Shown piece by piece: positions 44,742 through 54,702 of a DNA stretch of 64,000 bases (the stretch's first letter is position 1; every line of letters begins with the position of its first letter). The notes beneath the pieces were generated by a model. That model did no database searches, had not been told where the DNA came from, and was given only the letters and a program-made list of their open reading frames with translations. The stretch lies in contig VXXM01000071.1 in NCBI GenBank assembly GCA_009835395.1, positions 29,396-93,395 of the forward strand, given 5' to 3'. This stretch comes from Acidimicrobiia bacterium. Lineage in GTDB: Bacteria; Actinomycetota; Acidimicrobiia; Acidimicrobiales; CATQHL01. Made by a program: the position numbers and the translations under genes.

Positions 44742-47700
44742 ACGGTCCGGTGCCCGCAGGCGGCGACGCCGGCGCCGGCCGGGGCACTGCTGAGGGCGCC
44801 GTCGCCGACGCCCGTGCCCGCCGGGCCGCCGCCGAGGACCTGGACCGCGACCTCTTCCTGGAGGCCGGCGCCGGGACCGGCAAGACGACGGCTCTCGTGA
44901 CGCGGATCATGGCCCTGGTGCGCAGCGGCGTGGCGCTGTCCAACGTCGCCGCCATCACCTTCACGGAGAAGGCCGCTGCCGAATTGCGCGAGCGCCTCCG
45001 GCGGGACCTCGTCAGGGCGAGCCGCGGGGCCGCCTCCGAGGAGGAGGCCGGGATCCTGCGCCGAGCCCTGGACGATCTGGACGGCGCCGCGGTCTGCACG
45101 CTGCACTCGTTCGCCCAGCGGATCCTGCGCGAGCACACCACCGACGCCGGTCTGCCGCCCCGGCTGGAGATGCTCGACGAGATCGGCGCCGACATGGACT
45201 TCGCCGAGGGCTGGGAGCGGTTCGTGGAGGAGGTGTTGGCCGAGCCGCAACTGGAGCGGGCGCTGGTGCTGGGAGACTCCCTGGGGATGCGGGTCGCCAA
45301 CCTGCGGGCCGTGGCCCGGCGCATGGCCGACAACTGGGATCTGGCCGCCGAGCGCATCGCCCCGCTCGCGGAACTGCCCGAGGTGCCGCCGCTGGAGTTC
45401 GCCGACCTGATCGTGCCGACGCGTGAACTGGCCGCCGAGAGCCGCTGGCACCACGACATCCCGCTGGACCGGCTCTCCGAGGCGCTGCCCACCGAGCACG
45501 ACGACCTCTACCACGCCCTCGTCGATCTCCGCCGGCTGGCCGATCGCCTCGCTGCGGCGGGCGAGCTGGAGGCCGTGGTGCTGCTCGGGGAACTTGCCGG
45601 GGGACCGAGGCCGCGCGGACGCAAGGACAACTGGCACGCCTCCTTCGACAAGGAAGCAGTGCGCGAGCGCCTGAAGGCGTTGCGGGAGGAGGCCGGAGCA
45701 CGTCTCGACGCCGCCGGGCGGACGTGCTCGGCACGGCTGCTGGCCCGGCTGGCGGGCTTCGTCCTGGGCGAGGCCGAGCGGCGCCGGCGGCAAGGGCGGT
45801 TCGTGTTCCACGACCTGCTGGTGCAGGCCCGGAACCTGTTGCGCCATCCCGACCACGGTGCCGCGGTGCGCGGGTCGCTGCGCACGCGCTACCGGCGGCT
45901 GCTCGTCGACGAGTTCCAGGACACCGATCCCATCCAAGTAGAGCTGGCACTGCTGATCGCCTGCGACGACCCTGCAGAGCCCGTCGGCGATATTGCTGCC
46001 GAGGCGGCTGAGAAGGCGTCCTGGCAGGGCCTCCCGGGCGGCGACGGCGCTCTCTTCTTCGTGGGCGACCCGAAGCAGTCGCTGTACCGGTTCCGCCGGG
46101 CCGACATCGGGCTGTACCTGCAGGTGGCGGACTGGGCCGGCCCGGCGGCCCGCGAGACCCTCGGCCGCAACTGGCGCTCGTCGCCGGCGATCGTGGACTG
46201 GGCCAACGCCGTCTTCGGCCGCCTCATCCGGCCCGCCACCGGATCCCAATCCGGCTACGTGCCCCTCCAGGCCGCCCGCCGGCCGCTCGACGGCAAGGCC
46301 GGCGCTCCGGTGCTGCTGCTCGGGACCGGCGCCCTCGGCGAGGGCGAGTCACGCGGGATCCCCGCCGAGGAACTCCGCGGCATCGAGTTCGCCGAGGTCG
46401 CCGCCCTGATCCGCCGGGCCGTCACCGAGAGTTGGCCGGTGGGTGACGGCGGTGGGACGCGACCGCTGCGGCTGAGCGACATGTGCGTGCTGATCCCGGC
46501 GCGCACCGTGCTGGGCCCGCTCGTCGGGGCGTTCGAGGCGGCGGGCCTGGCGTACCGGGTGGAGTCCTCCAGCCTCGTGTACGCCACCCGGGCCGAGACC
46601 GACCTGCTGGCGACCCTGCGCGCCATCGACGACCCCTCGGACCATCTGGCGGTGGTGACGGCGCTGCGCTCGGCGGCCTTCGGCTTCGGCGACGACGACC
46701 TCTACGACTACCGGCAGCTGTGCGGCGGCCACCGTCCCTGGGACTACCTGAACCCGAGCCCGCAACCCGACCACCCGGTCGCCGCTGCGCTGGACTGGCT
46801 GCGCGAGCTGCACACCGAGCGGCTCTGGCGCAGCCCGGGGGAGATCGTGGACCGGGTGGTGCGTGAGCGCCGGCTGCTGGAACTGGCCTTCGCCGAGGAC
46901 CGCCACCGCGACACCTGGCGCCGCCTGCGCCGCGCCGCCGACCAGGCGCGGGCGTTCTCAGACTCCACGGGCGGCACGCTGCGGGCGTACCTCGGTTGGG
47001 TCGACATGCAGCGCGGCGAGGGTGCCCGGGTGGTCGAGGCGCTCGTACCCGAGACCGACGACGACGCTGTGCGGATCATGACCGTCCACGCCGCCAAGGG
47101 CCTGGAGTTCCCGTTCGTGATCGTGGCTGGCTTCTCCGGCACGACCGGGCCGTCGCGGGGCAGACGCTCCTCCGAGTTGACCTTCCCGCACAGCGGGGGG
47201 GCGTTCTGCACGCTGGGCGGGCGCGTGCGGTCGTTCGGCAGCGACGGGGTGGCGGACTCCGAACAACTGCACGAGTTCCACGAGGACATCCGCAAGTTGT
47301 ACGTGGCCTGCACCCGAGCCGAGGACTACCTGGCGGTCTCGCTGTACCGCAGCGGCCGCAAGCCGCCGTCCTGGCAGAAGCTGGCCGTCGCCGAGGCGCT
47401 GCCGAAGATGACCCTTGCCGAACTGCTGGCGCACACGGTCGCCGAGGTCGTGGATCCGCAGTCCACAAAGGATGCGGTGGCGCCGCACCCGCTCACCGTG
47501 GCGCTCGACGTCCCCGCAGCCGGCGAAGATCCGGAGGAGGAGCCGGCTTCGTCCCCGCCAGGTTTCGCCTGGGCTCTGGAGGTCGCCGGCTGGACGGCGG
47601 GCCGCCCGCTGGAGACGTTGCAGCCAGGTGAGTCGCCGTATGGCACAGAGGCGACTGACGGTTCGGCGGGGCTCGGCGACCGGGGTTCCGGTGGCGGGCG

Positions 47701-48508
47701 ACCCGGCGAGGATGCGCCGGCTGCCGCCATCCCGTCACGCGCCGAGTGGGAACGCGAGCACGCGGCCATGTGGGAGTTCGCGGCGCGTCGCCCTGTCGTG
47801 GCTGCGAGCGCGGTCGGCGCGGCGACCGGGGGCGGAGCCGCAGTTCCCGGCGAGCCGCGCGCTGCGCCAACCGGGCGCGCCGGCGTCGCCGACCAGCAGG
47901 TTCCGGCGGTGCGAGGGGCGCCCGATCCCGGCTTCGACAAGCATGAACCGGAGGAGGACGCGCCGGTATGGCGCAGGGGCCGGTACGGCACGGCGCTGGG
48001 TCGGGCGGTCCACGCTGTGCTCCAGACGGCCGACTTCGACGAGCCCGGCGAGGACCTGGCGCCGCAGGCCCGCCGCTACGCCGCCGCCGAGGGGATCGGC
48101 CACCTGGCGGACGACGTGGTCGCCCGGGCGCGGAACGCCCTCTCGGCCCCGGTGATCCGTGAGGCGGCCCGCCAGCGGCACTGGCGCGAGTTGTACGCAG
48201 CCGCTGAGGTGGAGGGCCGTCTCCTGGAGGGGTTCGTCGACCTGCTCTACGAGACACCCGACGGCTCGCTCGTGGTCGTCGACTACAAGACCCACGACTC
48301 CGACGAGCGCCCCGATCTACGCCAGAAGCCGGGCTACCGCCTGCAGATCGCGGCCTACGCGCTCATGCTGGAAGAGGCCACCGGCCGGGCGGTCTCACGC
48401 TGCGTCTTCGTCTTCCTCGGCCCGCACAGCGTCCACGAGGTGCAGGTGGACGACCTCCCCGAGGCCGTCGAAGAAGTGCGCCAGGCGCTCGCAGATGACG
48501 GCGCCTAG
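44738..48508 (+). CDS. AddA/AdnB-like UvrD-family helicase with C-terminal PD-(D/E)XK nuclease
   Basis: GTG at 44738. Walker A AGAGTGKTT, DEFQDT (Walker B/motif II), and VHAAKGLEFP and YVACTRA helicase motifs. C-terminal nuclease block VVVDYKT...QIAAY. Confidence 0.85.
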   Translation: MNGPVPAGGDAGAGRGTAEGAVADARARRAAAEDLDRDLFLEAGAGTGKTTALVTRIMALVRSGVALSNVAAITFTEKAAAELRERLRRDLVRASRGAASEEEAGILRRALDDLDGAAVCTLHSFAQRILREHTTDAGLPPRLEMLDEIGADMDFAEGWERFVEEVLAEPQLERALVLGDSLGMRVANLRAVARRMADNWDLAAERIAPLAELPEVPPLEFADLIVPTRELAAESRWHHDIPLDRLSEALPTEHDDLYHALVDLRRLADRLAAAGELEAVVLLGELAGGPRPRGRKDNWHASFDKEAVRERLKALREEAGARLDAAGRTCSARLLARLAGFVLGEAERRRRQGRFVFHDLLVQARNLLRHPDHGAAVRGSLRTRYRRLLVDEFQDTDPIQVELALLIACDDPAEPVGDIAAEAAEKASWQGLPGGDGALFFVGDPKQSLYRFRRADIGLYLQVADWAGPAARETLGRNWRSSPAIVDWANAVFGRLIRPATGSQSGYVPLQAARRPLDGKAGAPVLLLGTGALGEGESRGIPAEELRGIEFAEVAALIRRAVTESWPVGDGGGTRPLRLSDMCVLIPARTVLGPLVGAFEAAGLAYRVESSSLVYATRAETDLLATLRAIDDPSDHLAVVTALRSAAFGFGDDDLYDYRQLCGGHRPWDYLNPSPQPDHPVAAALDWLRELHTERLWRSPGEIVDRVVRERRLLELAFAEDRHRDTWRRLRRAADQARAFSDSTGGTLRAYLGWVDMQRGEGARVVEALVPETDDDAVRIMTVHAAKGLEFPFVIVAGFSGTTGPSRGRRSSELTFPHSGGAFCTLGGRVRSFGSDGVADSEQLHEFHEDIRKLYVACTRAEDYLAVSLYRSGRKPPSWQKLAVAEALPKMTLAELLAHTVAEVVDPQSTKDAVAPHPLTVALDVPAAGEDPEEEPASSPPGFAWALEVAGWTAGRPLETLQPGESPYGTEATDGSAGLGDRGSGGGRPGEDAPAAAIPSRAEWEREHAAMWEFAARRPVVAASAVGAATGGGAAVPGEPRAAPTGRAGVADQQVPAVRGAPDPGFDKHEPEEDAPVWRRGRYGTALGRAVHAVLQTADFDEPGEDLAPQARRYAAAEGIGHLADDVVARARNALSAPVIREAARQRHWRELYAAAEVEGRLLEGFVDLLYETPDGSLVVVDYKTHDSDERPDLRQKPGYRLQIAAYALMLEEATGRAVSRCVFVFLGPHSVHEVQVDDLPEAVEEVRQALADDGA

Positions 48509-48525
48509 CCGGGGGAGTCTCGCGC

Positions 48526-50712
48526 TCAGTCGCGGGCGAGGGCGGCCTTCATGCGGCGGCGCTGCTCGATGAGGATGTACTCGGTGTAGCCGTTGGGCTG
48601 GCTGAGGCCCTCCATCACGAGCGCCACGGCGGCCTGGTAGGGGATACTGGCGGCCAGGTCGGCGCACATCGGGTGGTAGTCGGGGTCGCCGGCGTTCTGG
48701 GCGTCCACCACCGCGGCCATGCGCTCCATGGTGGCGAGCACCTGCTCGGCGCTGAGCAGGCCGTGGTGCAGCCAGTTGGCGATGTGCTGGGAGGAGATCC
48801 GCAGCGTGGCACGGTCCTCCATGAGCGCCACGTCGTTGATATCGGGCACCTTCGAGCAGCCGACCCCCTGGCCGACCCAGCGGCTGACGTAGCCGAGGAT
48901 GCCTTGCGCGTTGTTCTCCAACTCGTCGGCCAGTTCGGCGGGCGTCAGTTCCCGGCCCGGCGGGAGCGTGGCGAACTGCAGCATGTCCAGCGCCCGGGCG
49001 GGCGTGCGCTCGGCCAACTCCCGCTGGCGGGCGGCCACGTCGACCTCCAGGTAGTGCAGGGCGTGCAGGGTCGCCGCCACCGGTGACGGGACCCAGGCTG
49101 TGGAGGCTCCCGAGAGGGGATGGCCGGTCTTCTCGGCCAGCATGGCCGCCATGTCGTCGGGGCGGGTCCACATGCCCTTGCCGATCTGGCCGTGGCCGAT
49201 GAGGCCGGTGTCCAGGCCCACGTCGACGTTGACGTCCTCGTAGGTGGTCAGCCACGTTGCCGACTTGATCTCCGCCTTGGGGATCATCGGCCCCGCCTCC
49301 ATAGCGGTGTGGATGTCGTCGCCCGTGCGGTCCAGGAAGCCGGTGTTGATGAACATCACCCGCTCGGAGGCGGCGGCGATACAGGCGGCGAGGTTCAGCG
49401 ACGTGCGGCGCTCTTCGTCCATGATGCCCATCTTCAGTGTGTTGCGATCCAGGCTGAGGATGTCCTCGACGCGGCTGAACAGCTCGCTGGCCAGGGCCAC
49501 CTCGTCGGGGCCGTGCATTTTCGGCTTGACGATGTAGATGGAGCCGGAGGCGCTGTTGCGGTGCGGGCCCGCGCCCGCCAGGTCGTGCATGGCGCACCAG
49601 GCGGTGACGGCGGCGTCCAGCAGGGTCTCGATGATCGGGGCGCCGTCGAGGCGCACGATGTCGGTCTCGATGTGCGGCCCGATGTTGCGCACCAGCATGA
49701 CGCTGCGACGCCGCAGAGTCATGGCGTTGCCGGCGGCGTCCAGGTAGGGGGAATCGGCCCGCAGCTCGCGGGTCATGGTCCGCCCGCCCTTGGTGAAGGT
49801 CGCCGACAGGTCGCCCTTCATGAGGCCCAGCCAGTTGCCATAGGCCAGAACCTTGTCGGCGGCGTCCACGGTCGCCACGGAGTCCTCGAGGTCCATGATC
49901 GTGGTGAGGGCCGCCTCGAGATGGATGTCGGCCACGCCGGCGCGGTCGACGGCGCCGACGGGGTGATCGCGGTCGATGAGGATCTCGATTCCGAGACCGT
50001 TGCGGTGCAGCAGCACCGAGTCGGGGTCGCCGGGTGCGCCTGTGTAGCCGGCCAACTCCGCGCCGGCGGCCAGTCCGACATTGCTCCCGCCGGCCAGCTC
50101 GACCGCCAGGGAACTGCCGGCCACCCGGTAGGCCACGGCGTCGGCGTGCGAACCGGACGCCAGCGGGACGTGGCGATCCAGCAACTCCCGGGCGTGGGCG
50201 ATCACCCGATCGCCCCGGACCGGGTTGTACGGGCCGTCCCGAGTGGCTCCGTCGTCAGTGGGGATCACGTCGGTGCCGTAGAGGGCGTCGTAGAGACTGC
50301 CCCACCGGGCGTTCGCCGCGTTCAGCGCATAGCGGGCGTTGTCCACCGGTACCACCAGCTGGGGTCCGGCCACCTCGGCGATCTCGGGGTCGACATTCGC
50401 CGTCGCCACCTGCACGACCCCCGGTTCGGCTGCCAGGTAGCCGACCGACCGCAGGAAGGCCTCGTACTCGCCGGGGTCGTGGGGTTGCCCCCGCCGCTCG
50501 GTGTGCCACTGGTCGATCTGCGCCTGCAGGTCGTCCCGGGTCGCCAGCAGAGTCCGGGCACGCGGCTCCAGGTCGGCCAGCAGGCTCTCCAGGCCTCCCC
50601 AGAACCCGTCAGGCTCGACGCCGGTGCCGGGAGCCAGTTCGGTGCGGACGAATTCATCGAGCTCGGCCGCCACCTGCAGGCGACCGGTGGTGACGTGTCG
50701 GTTTTCTGCCAT
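48526..50712 (-). CDS. glcB: malate synthase G
   Basis: 728 aa. Full-length colinearity with the G-type malate synthase pattern (MAENRHVTTGRLQVAAELDEFV..., ...MDEERRTS..., ...ALMEDRATLRISSQH...). Confidence 0.9.
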   Translation of the reverse strand: MAENRHVTTGRLQVAAELDEFVRTELAPGTGVEPDGFWGGLESLLADLEPRARTLLATRDDLQAQIDQWHTERRGQPHDPGEYEAFLRSVGYLAAEPGVVQVATANVDPEIAEVAGPQLVVPVDNARYALNAANARWGSLYDALYGTDVIPTDDGATRDGPYNPVRGDRVIAHARELLDRHVPLASGSHADAVAYRVAGSSLAVELAGGSNVGLAAGAELAGYTGAPGDPDSVLLHRNGLGIEILIDRDHPVGAVDRAGVADIHLEAALTTIMDLEDSVATVDAADKVLAYGNWLGLMKGDLSATFTKGGRTMTRELRADSPYLDAAGNAMTLRRRSVMLVRNIGPHIETDIVRLDGAPIIETLLDAAVTAWCAMHDLAGAGPHRNSASGSIYIVKPKMHGPDEVALASELFSRVEDILSLDRNTLKMGIMDEERRTSLNLAACIAAASERVMFINTGFLDRTGDDIHTAMEAGPMIPKAEIKSATWLTTYEDVNVDVGLDTGLIGHGQIGKGMWTRPDDMAAMLAEKTGHPLSGASTAWVPSPVAATLHALHYLEVDVAARQRELAERTPARALDMLQFATLPPGRELTPAELADELENNAQGILGYVSRWVGQGVGCSKVPDINDVALMEDRATLRISSQHIANWLHHGLLSAEQVLATMERMAAVVDAQNAGDPDYHPMCADLAASIPYQAAVALVMEGLSQPNGYTEYILIEQRRRMKAALARD

Positions 50713-50994
50713 GCCCTCACGTTAGGGGGCACTTCAGCCGGTTCAGCGGGCCGGCGCCGCCGTGGGGATCCGCGAGAGCCGGCGGCGCCCGAAGCGGCGA
50801 GCGGACCGGAAGGTACTCCACACTGAAGCTAGAGTTCTAGAAAATCGAAATAGTGAATAAAATTATCCCCCATAGGGCCGATTTAGTGCTGCAATCTCGC
50901 CAAATTGAGGAAACTTGTCTCATAAAGTGCGGAACCACGAAGTCGTTGTCTCGCGAAGCCACGATCGCGAGACCGAAGGAGGAGGTGCCGGCCA
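50713..50994. promoter_or_regulatory. divergent glcB / aceA control region with a roughly 120-bp AT-rich core
   Basis: Positions 50816-50935 are conspicuously AT-rich in an otherwise GC-rich window. Contains the palindrome CTAGA-GT-TCTAG at 50829-50840. Confidence 0.6.
50949..50972 (+). promoter_or_regulatory. 8-bp perfect inverted repeat (TCTCGCGA-N8-TCGCGAGA) in the aceA leader just before the RBS
   Basis: Read directly. It ends 4 nt before GAAGGAGGAGG and 22 nt before the GTG start at 50995. Confidence 0.4.
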
Positions 50995-53364
50995 GTGAGT
51001 GTCCTGTCGCCAGAGACAATCGGTGAACCCGCCCCCGAGGCGGACATCCCTCAGCAGGTTCCGGGAGTCGCCGGCGCTGCAGACCCCGACGCTCACCGGC
51101 AGCGCTTCGACGCCGACGTGGAGGCCACCCGCCGCTGGATGGCGTCGCCCCGGTTCGCCGGCCTGCGGCGCCTGTACTCGGCGCGCCAGGTGGTCCAGCA
51201 GCGAGGGTCGATCAGCCAGGACCACACCGTCGCCCGGGTGGCCGCCGAGCGGTTCGGTGCCCTGCTGCGGCGGCTCTTCTCCGAGCGCCGAAGCATCACC
51301 ACCTTCGGGCCGTACTCGCCGGGGCAGGCCGTCGCCATGAAGCGGGCCGGCATCGACGGCATCTACCTGGGCGGCTGGGCCACGTCGGCCAAGGGTTCGC
51401 TGCACGAGGATCCCGGCCCCGACCTGGCCGGCTACCCGCTCGGCTCGGTGCCCGACGAGGCCGCCGGGATCGTGCGCGCCCTGCTGACCGCCGACCGCAA
51501 CCAGAGCTTCGCCCGGTCGCGGATGAGCGCCGCCGAGCAGGCCGAGGTCCCCGAGGTGGACTACTCGCCGTTCATCATCGCGGACGCTGACACCGGCCAC
51601 GGCGGCGACCCGCACGTGCGGAACCTCATCCGGCGTTTCGTGGAGGTCGGCGTGCCGGGCTACCACATCGAGGACCAGCGCCCGGGCCAGAAGAAGTGCG
51701 GCCACCAGGGCGGCAAGGTGCTGGTGGGCTGCGATGAGCAGATCAAGCGTCTCAACGCGGCCCGCTTCCAGCTGGACGTGATGGGCGTGGAGGGCATCAT
51801 CGTGGCGCGCACCGACGCGGAGGCCGCCACCCTGCTGGACAGCGCCTCCGACGAGCGCGACCAGCCCTTCGTGCTGGGCGTGACCCGGCGCAACCTGCCC
51901 TCCTACAAGGCGGCCTACCTGGCGGTGCTGCGGCGCCTCACCGAGGCCGGCGTGGAGGGCGCCAACGGCCACCTGCTGTACGCCCTTCCGGAGGCGAAGT
52001 ACCGCCGGGCCGACGCCTGGCTGGAGGCCAGCGGCGTGACCGGCGCCATCGACGCGGCGCTGGCGGCCAACCCGGCCGCACCCGGGCGGGTCGCCGAGGA
52101 GGTCACCGACGCCTTCGTGGAGGCCTGGCAGGCCGCCGCAGGGCTCTGCACCTACGCCGACGCCGTGGCCGAGCACATCGCCTCCCGGTCCGCCGAAGGC
52201 GTCGAGGTGGGCATCGGAGCCGGTGAGTGGCTGCACTTCGCCCGCAACAGCAGCCTGGAATGTGCCCGGGAGCGGGCCGCCGAACTCGGCATCGACGTCT
52301 ACTGGGACGCCGAAGTGGCCCGCACGCCCGAGGGCTACTACCAGGTGCAGGGCGGCATCCCCTATGCGGTCGCCAAGTCGCTGGCGGTGGCGCCGTTCGC
52401 CGACGTGCTGTGGATGGAGACCAAGACGGCCCACCTGGGCGACGCCCGGGAGTTCGCTGAGGCGATTCACGCCGTCCACCCCGACAAGATGCTGGCGTAC
52501 AACCTGTCGCCGTCGTTCAACTGGGACACCACCGGCATGAGCGATGCCGAGATGCGGGAGTTCCCGAGGAAGCTCGGCGAGTTGGGCTACGTGTTCAACT
52601 TCATCACCTACGGCGGCCACCAGATCGACGGCATGGCCGGCGAGGAGTTCGCCGCCTCGCTGAACGAGGAGGGCATGCTGGCGCTCGCCAAGCTGCAGCG
52701 CCGCCTGCGCCTGGTGGACTCGCCCTACCGCACCCCCCAGACGCTGGTCGGCGGTCCCCGGGCCGACGCCGCGCTCATGGCCTGCTCGGGCCGCACCGCC
52801 ACCACCCGGGCCATGGGCAAGGGCTCGACGCAGTTCCAGCACCTGGCGCAGACCGAGGTGCCGACGCGCACACTGGAGGAGTGGCTGGAGCAGTGGGCCG
52901 GCCATCACGGGCTGCGGGTGCGGCCGCGGGTGCGGCTGCGGCCCTGGAAGGCAACGTCGGAGATCCTGGAGCTGACGGTCGCCAGCGGCGGCGGGCATCC
53001 CGGCAACGGCAACGGCGCGGGCCGGCCGCTCGCCAACATCGTCTTCGCGGTGCTGCGCGACCGCCGGGACCGGCCGATCCTGTCGGTGCGCGACCAGAAC
53101 ACGCTGGAGCCGGCGATGCGGCGCAAGCGGCTCATGACCCTGGTGCACCTGTTCCTGATGCTGCGCTACGAGGTCACCTCGGTCCACTACCTCACGCCCA
53201 CCGACGACAACCGCAACCAGACGGCCAGCATGCACCGCCAGGGCCTGTTCGCCTCGGTGGCCGACGAGGTGGGCGAGATCATCGTGGCCGACGTGGACGC
53301 CGACGTGGTGGCCACGCTGACCGCCAAGCCCGAGGCGCTGGAGGAGCTCATCGCCCGCCCCTGA
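50995..53364 (+). CDS. aceA: isocitrate lyase, long (ICL2-type) isoform
   Basis: 789 aa. Catalytic signature KKCGHQGGK and a strong RBS. Roughly 350 residues longer than the common ~430-aa bacterial ICL. Confidence 0.9.
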   Translation: MSVLSPETIGEPAPEADIPQQVPGVAGAADPDAHRQRFDADVEATRRWMASPRFAGLRRLYSARQVVQQRGSISQDHTVARVAAERFGALLRRLFSERRSITTFGPYSPGQAVAMKRAGIDGIYLGGWATSAKGSLHEDPGPDLAGYPLGSVPDEAAGIVRALLTADRNQSFARSRMSAAEQAEVPEVDYSPFIIADADTGHGGDPHVRNLIRRFVEVGVPGYHIEDQRPGQKKCGHQGGKVLVGCDEQIKRLNAARFQLDVMGVEGIIVARTDAEAATLLDSASDERDQPFVLGVTRRNLPSYKAAYLAVLRRLTEAGVEGANGHLLYALPEAKYRRADAWLEASGVTGAIDAALAANPAAPGRVAEEVTDAFVEAWQAAAGLCTYADAVAEHIASRSAEGVEVGIGAGEWLHFARNSSLECARERAAELGIDVYWDAEVARTPEGYYQVQGGIPYAVAKSLAVAPFADVLWMETKTAHLGDAREFAEAIHAVHPDKMLAYNLSPSFNWDTTGMSDAEMREFPRKLGELGYVFNFITYGGHQIDGMAGEEFAASLNEEGMLALAKLQRRLRLVDSPYRTPQTLVGGPRADAALMACSGRTATTRAMGKGSTQFQHLAQTEVPTRTLEEWLEQWAGHHGLRVRPRVRLRPWKATSEILELTVASGGGHPGNGNGAGRPLANIVFAVLRDRRDRPILSVRDQNTLEPAMRRKRLMTLVHLFLMLRYEVTSVHYLTPTDDNRNQTASMHRQGLFASVADEVGEIIVADVDADVVATLTAKPEALEELIARP

Positions 53365-53458
53365 TCCCCTCAACCAGCGCGGCGGCGGCCGTTAGAGTGC
53401 CGCGCGTGAACTGCGAGCACGACACGGCCGCCGCCCGCCGGTTGCCGGGCGGCGAACG

Positions 53459-54676
53459 ATGAGCATCGTCGACCTCGACGAGGCGCCGAGCCCGATGCTG
53501 CTGCCGGACCCGCCGGCACAGCGGGTCCGCTACACGCTCATCTCGGTGGACGACCACCTCGTGGAGCCGCCGTGGCTGTTCGAGGGGCGCCTACCGCGCC
53601 GCTACCAGGACCTGGCCCCGCGGGTCGTCGAGCAGGGTGACGGCACGCAGGCGTGGGTCTTCGACGGCGAGGTCTACGAGCAGTTGGGCCTCAACGCCCA
53701 GGTGGGGCGGGCCGACCGCGACGACGTCATATTCGAGCCGGCCCGGTTCAGTGACATGCGGCGCGGGTCCTGGGACATCCACCAGCGCATCAAGGACATG
53801 GACCTCGGCGGCGTGTGGGCGTCGGTGTGCTTCCCGTCGGTCATCACCGGCTTCTGCGGGGCGGTGTACTCGAGTTGCTCGGATGCCGACCTGGGCCTGG
53901 CGGTGACCCGGGCCTTCAACGACTGGATCCACGAGGAATGGTGGGGCTCCTACCCCGAGCGCATCATCCCGATGGGCATCACCTGGCTGCGCGACCCGCA
54001 TCTGGCTGCCGCGGAGATCCGCCGCAACGCCGAGCGGGGCTTCACGGCGGTCACGCTGCCGGAGAACCCGGCGCACATGGGCCTGCCGTCGATCCACGAC
54101 CGCTGGTGGGATCCGCTGCTGGCGGCCTGCGAGGAGACCGGGACGGTGATCTGCCTGCACACCGGCTCGTCGGGCCACTGGATGCCCCAGGACGAGGCCG
54201 GCCCGCACCTGGCCGTGCGGGCCACGCTGTTCCAGATGCACGCCTACGTGGCTGCCGCCGAGTGGGTCTGGTCGGGCATCGGGCTGCGCTTCCCCGACAT
54301 CCGCATCGCCCTGTCCGAGGGCGGCTGCGGCTGGGTGCCCACCATGTACGACCGCATGCGCCACCAGATCGAGGTCTCCGGCCACGGTCGCCAGGATTGG
54401 CCCGAGGGCGCCACCGGCCCCCACGAGCTGCTGCTGCGCAACATCTGGTACTGCACCATCAGCGACCCTTCCAGCATCGACGCGGTCGTGGCCCTCAACC
54501 GCGGCCACGTCATGATGGAGGTCGACTACCCCCACGCCGACAGCACCTGGCCCGGCTGCCAGGACGCCCTCGAGGAGATGATCGGCCACCTGCCCGACGA
54601 CGTCATCGCCGACATCTGCCACCGCAACGCCGCCGCCCTCTTCCGCCACCCTCTCCCCACCGAGACCCTGCCCTAG
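53459..54676 (+). CDS. amidohydrolase-2 family protein
   Basis: 405 aa. N-terminal LISVDDHLVEPP metal motif, later CLHTGSSG and MEVDYPHADS segments typical of PF04909-type enzymes. Confidence 0.65.
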   Translation: MSIVDLDEAPSPMLLPDPPAQRVRYTLISVDDHLVEPPWLFEGRLPRRYQDLAPRVVEQGDGTQAWVFDGEVYEQLGLNAQVGRADRDDVIFEPARFSDMRRGSWDIHQRIKDMDLGGVWASVCFPSVITGFCGAVYSSCSDADLGLAVTRAFNDWIHEEWWGSYPERIIPMGITWLRDPHLAAAEIRRNAERGFTAVTLPENPAHMGLPSIHDRWWDPLLAACEETGTVICLHTGSSGHWMPQDEAGPHLAVRATLFQMHAYVAAAEWVWSGIGLRFPDIRIALSEGGCGWVPTMYDRMRHQIEVSGHGRQDWPEGATGPHELLLRNIWYCTISDPSSIDAVVALNRGHVMMEVDYPHADSTWPGCQDALEEMIGHLPDDVIADICHRNAAALFRHPLPTETLP

Positions 54677-54702
54677 CGCCGCTGCGCCCGGCCGGGTGGC
54701 GC

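Noticed and set aside
50816-50935. The AT-rich block as a possible mobile-element scar, att site or horizontally acquired fragment.
   Set aside because: It has no flanking direct or inverted terminal repeats, no integrase, transposase or tRNA nearby, and both flanking genes are intact core metabolism genes arranged divergently. A promoter/operator region is the simpler explanation.
50837-51019. 60-aa minus-strand ORF inside the AT-rich glcB/aceA intergenic region.
   Set aside because: It has no RBS, overlaps the aceA start and leader, and exists only because the AT-rich stretch supplies an ATG. It is treated as non-coding regulatory DNA.
53377-53438. Inverted repeat GCGCGGCGGCGGCCGT ... ACGGCCGCCGCCCGC after aceA as an intrinsic terminator.
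   Set aside because: The loop is about 31 nt, the stem has a bulge, and no U-tract follows. This could easily be chance complementarity of GC-rich sequence, so it is not listed as a feature.
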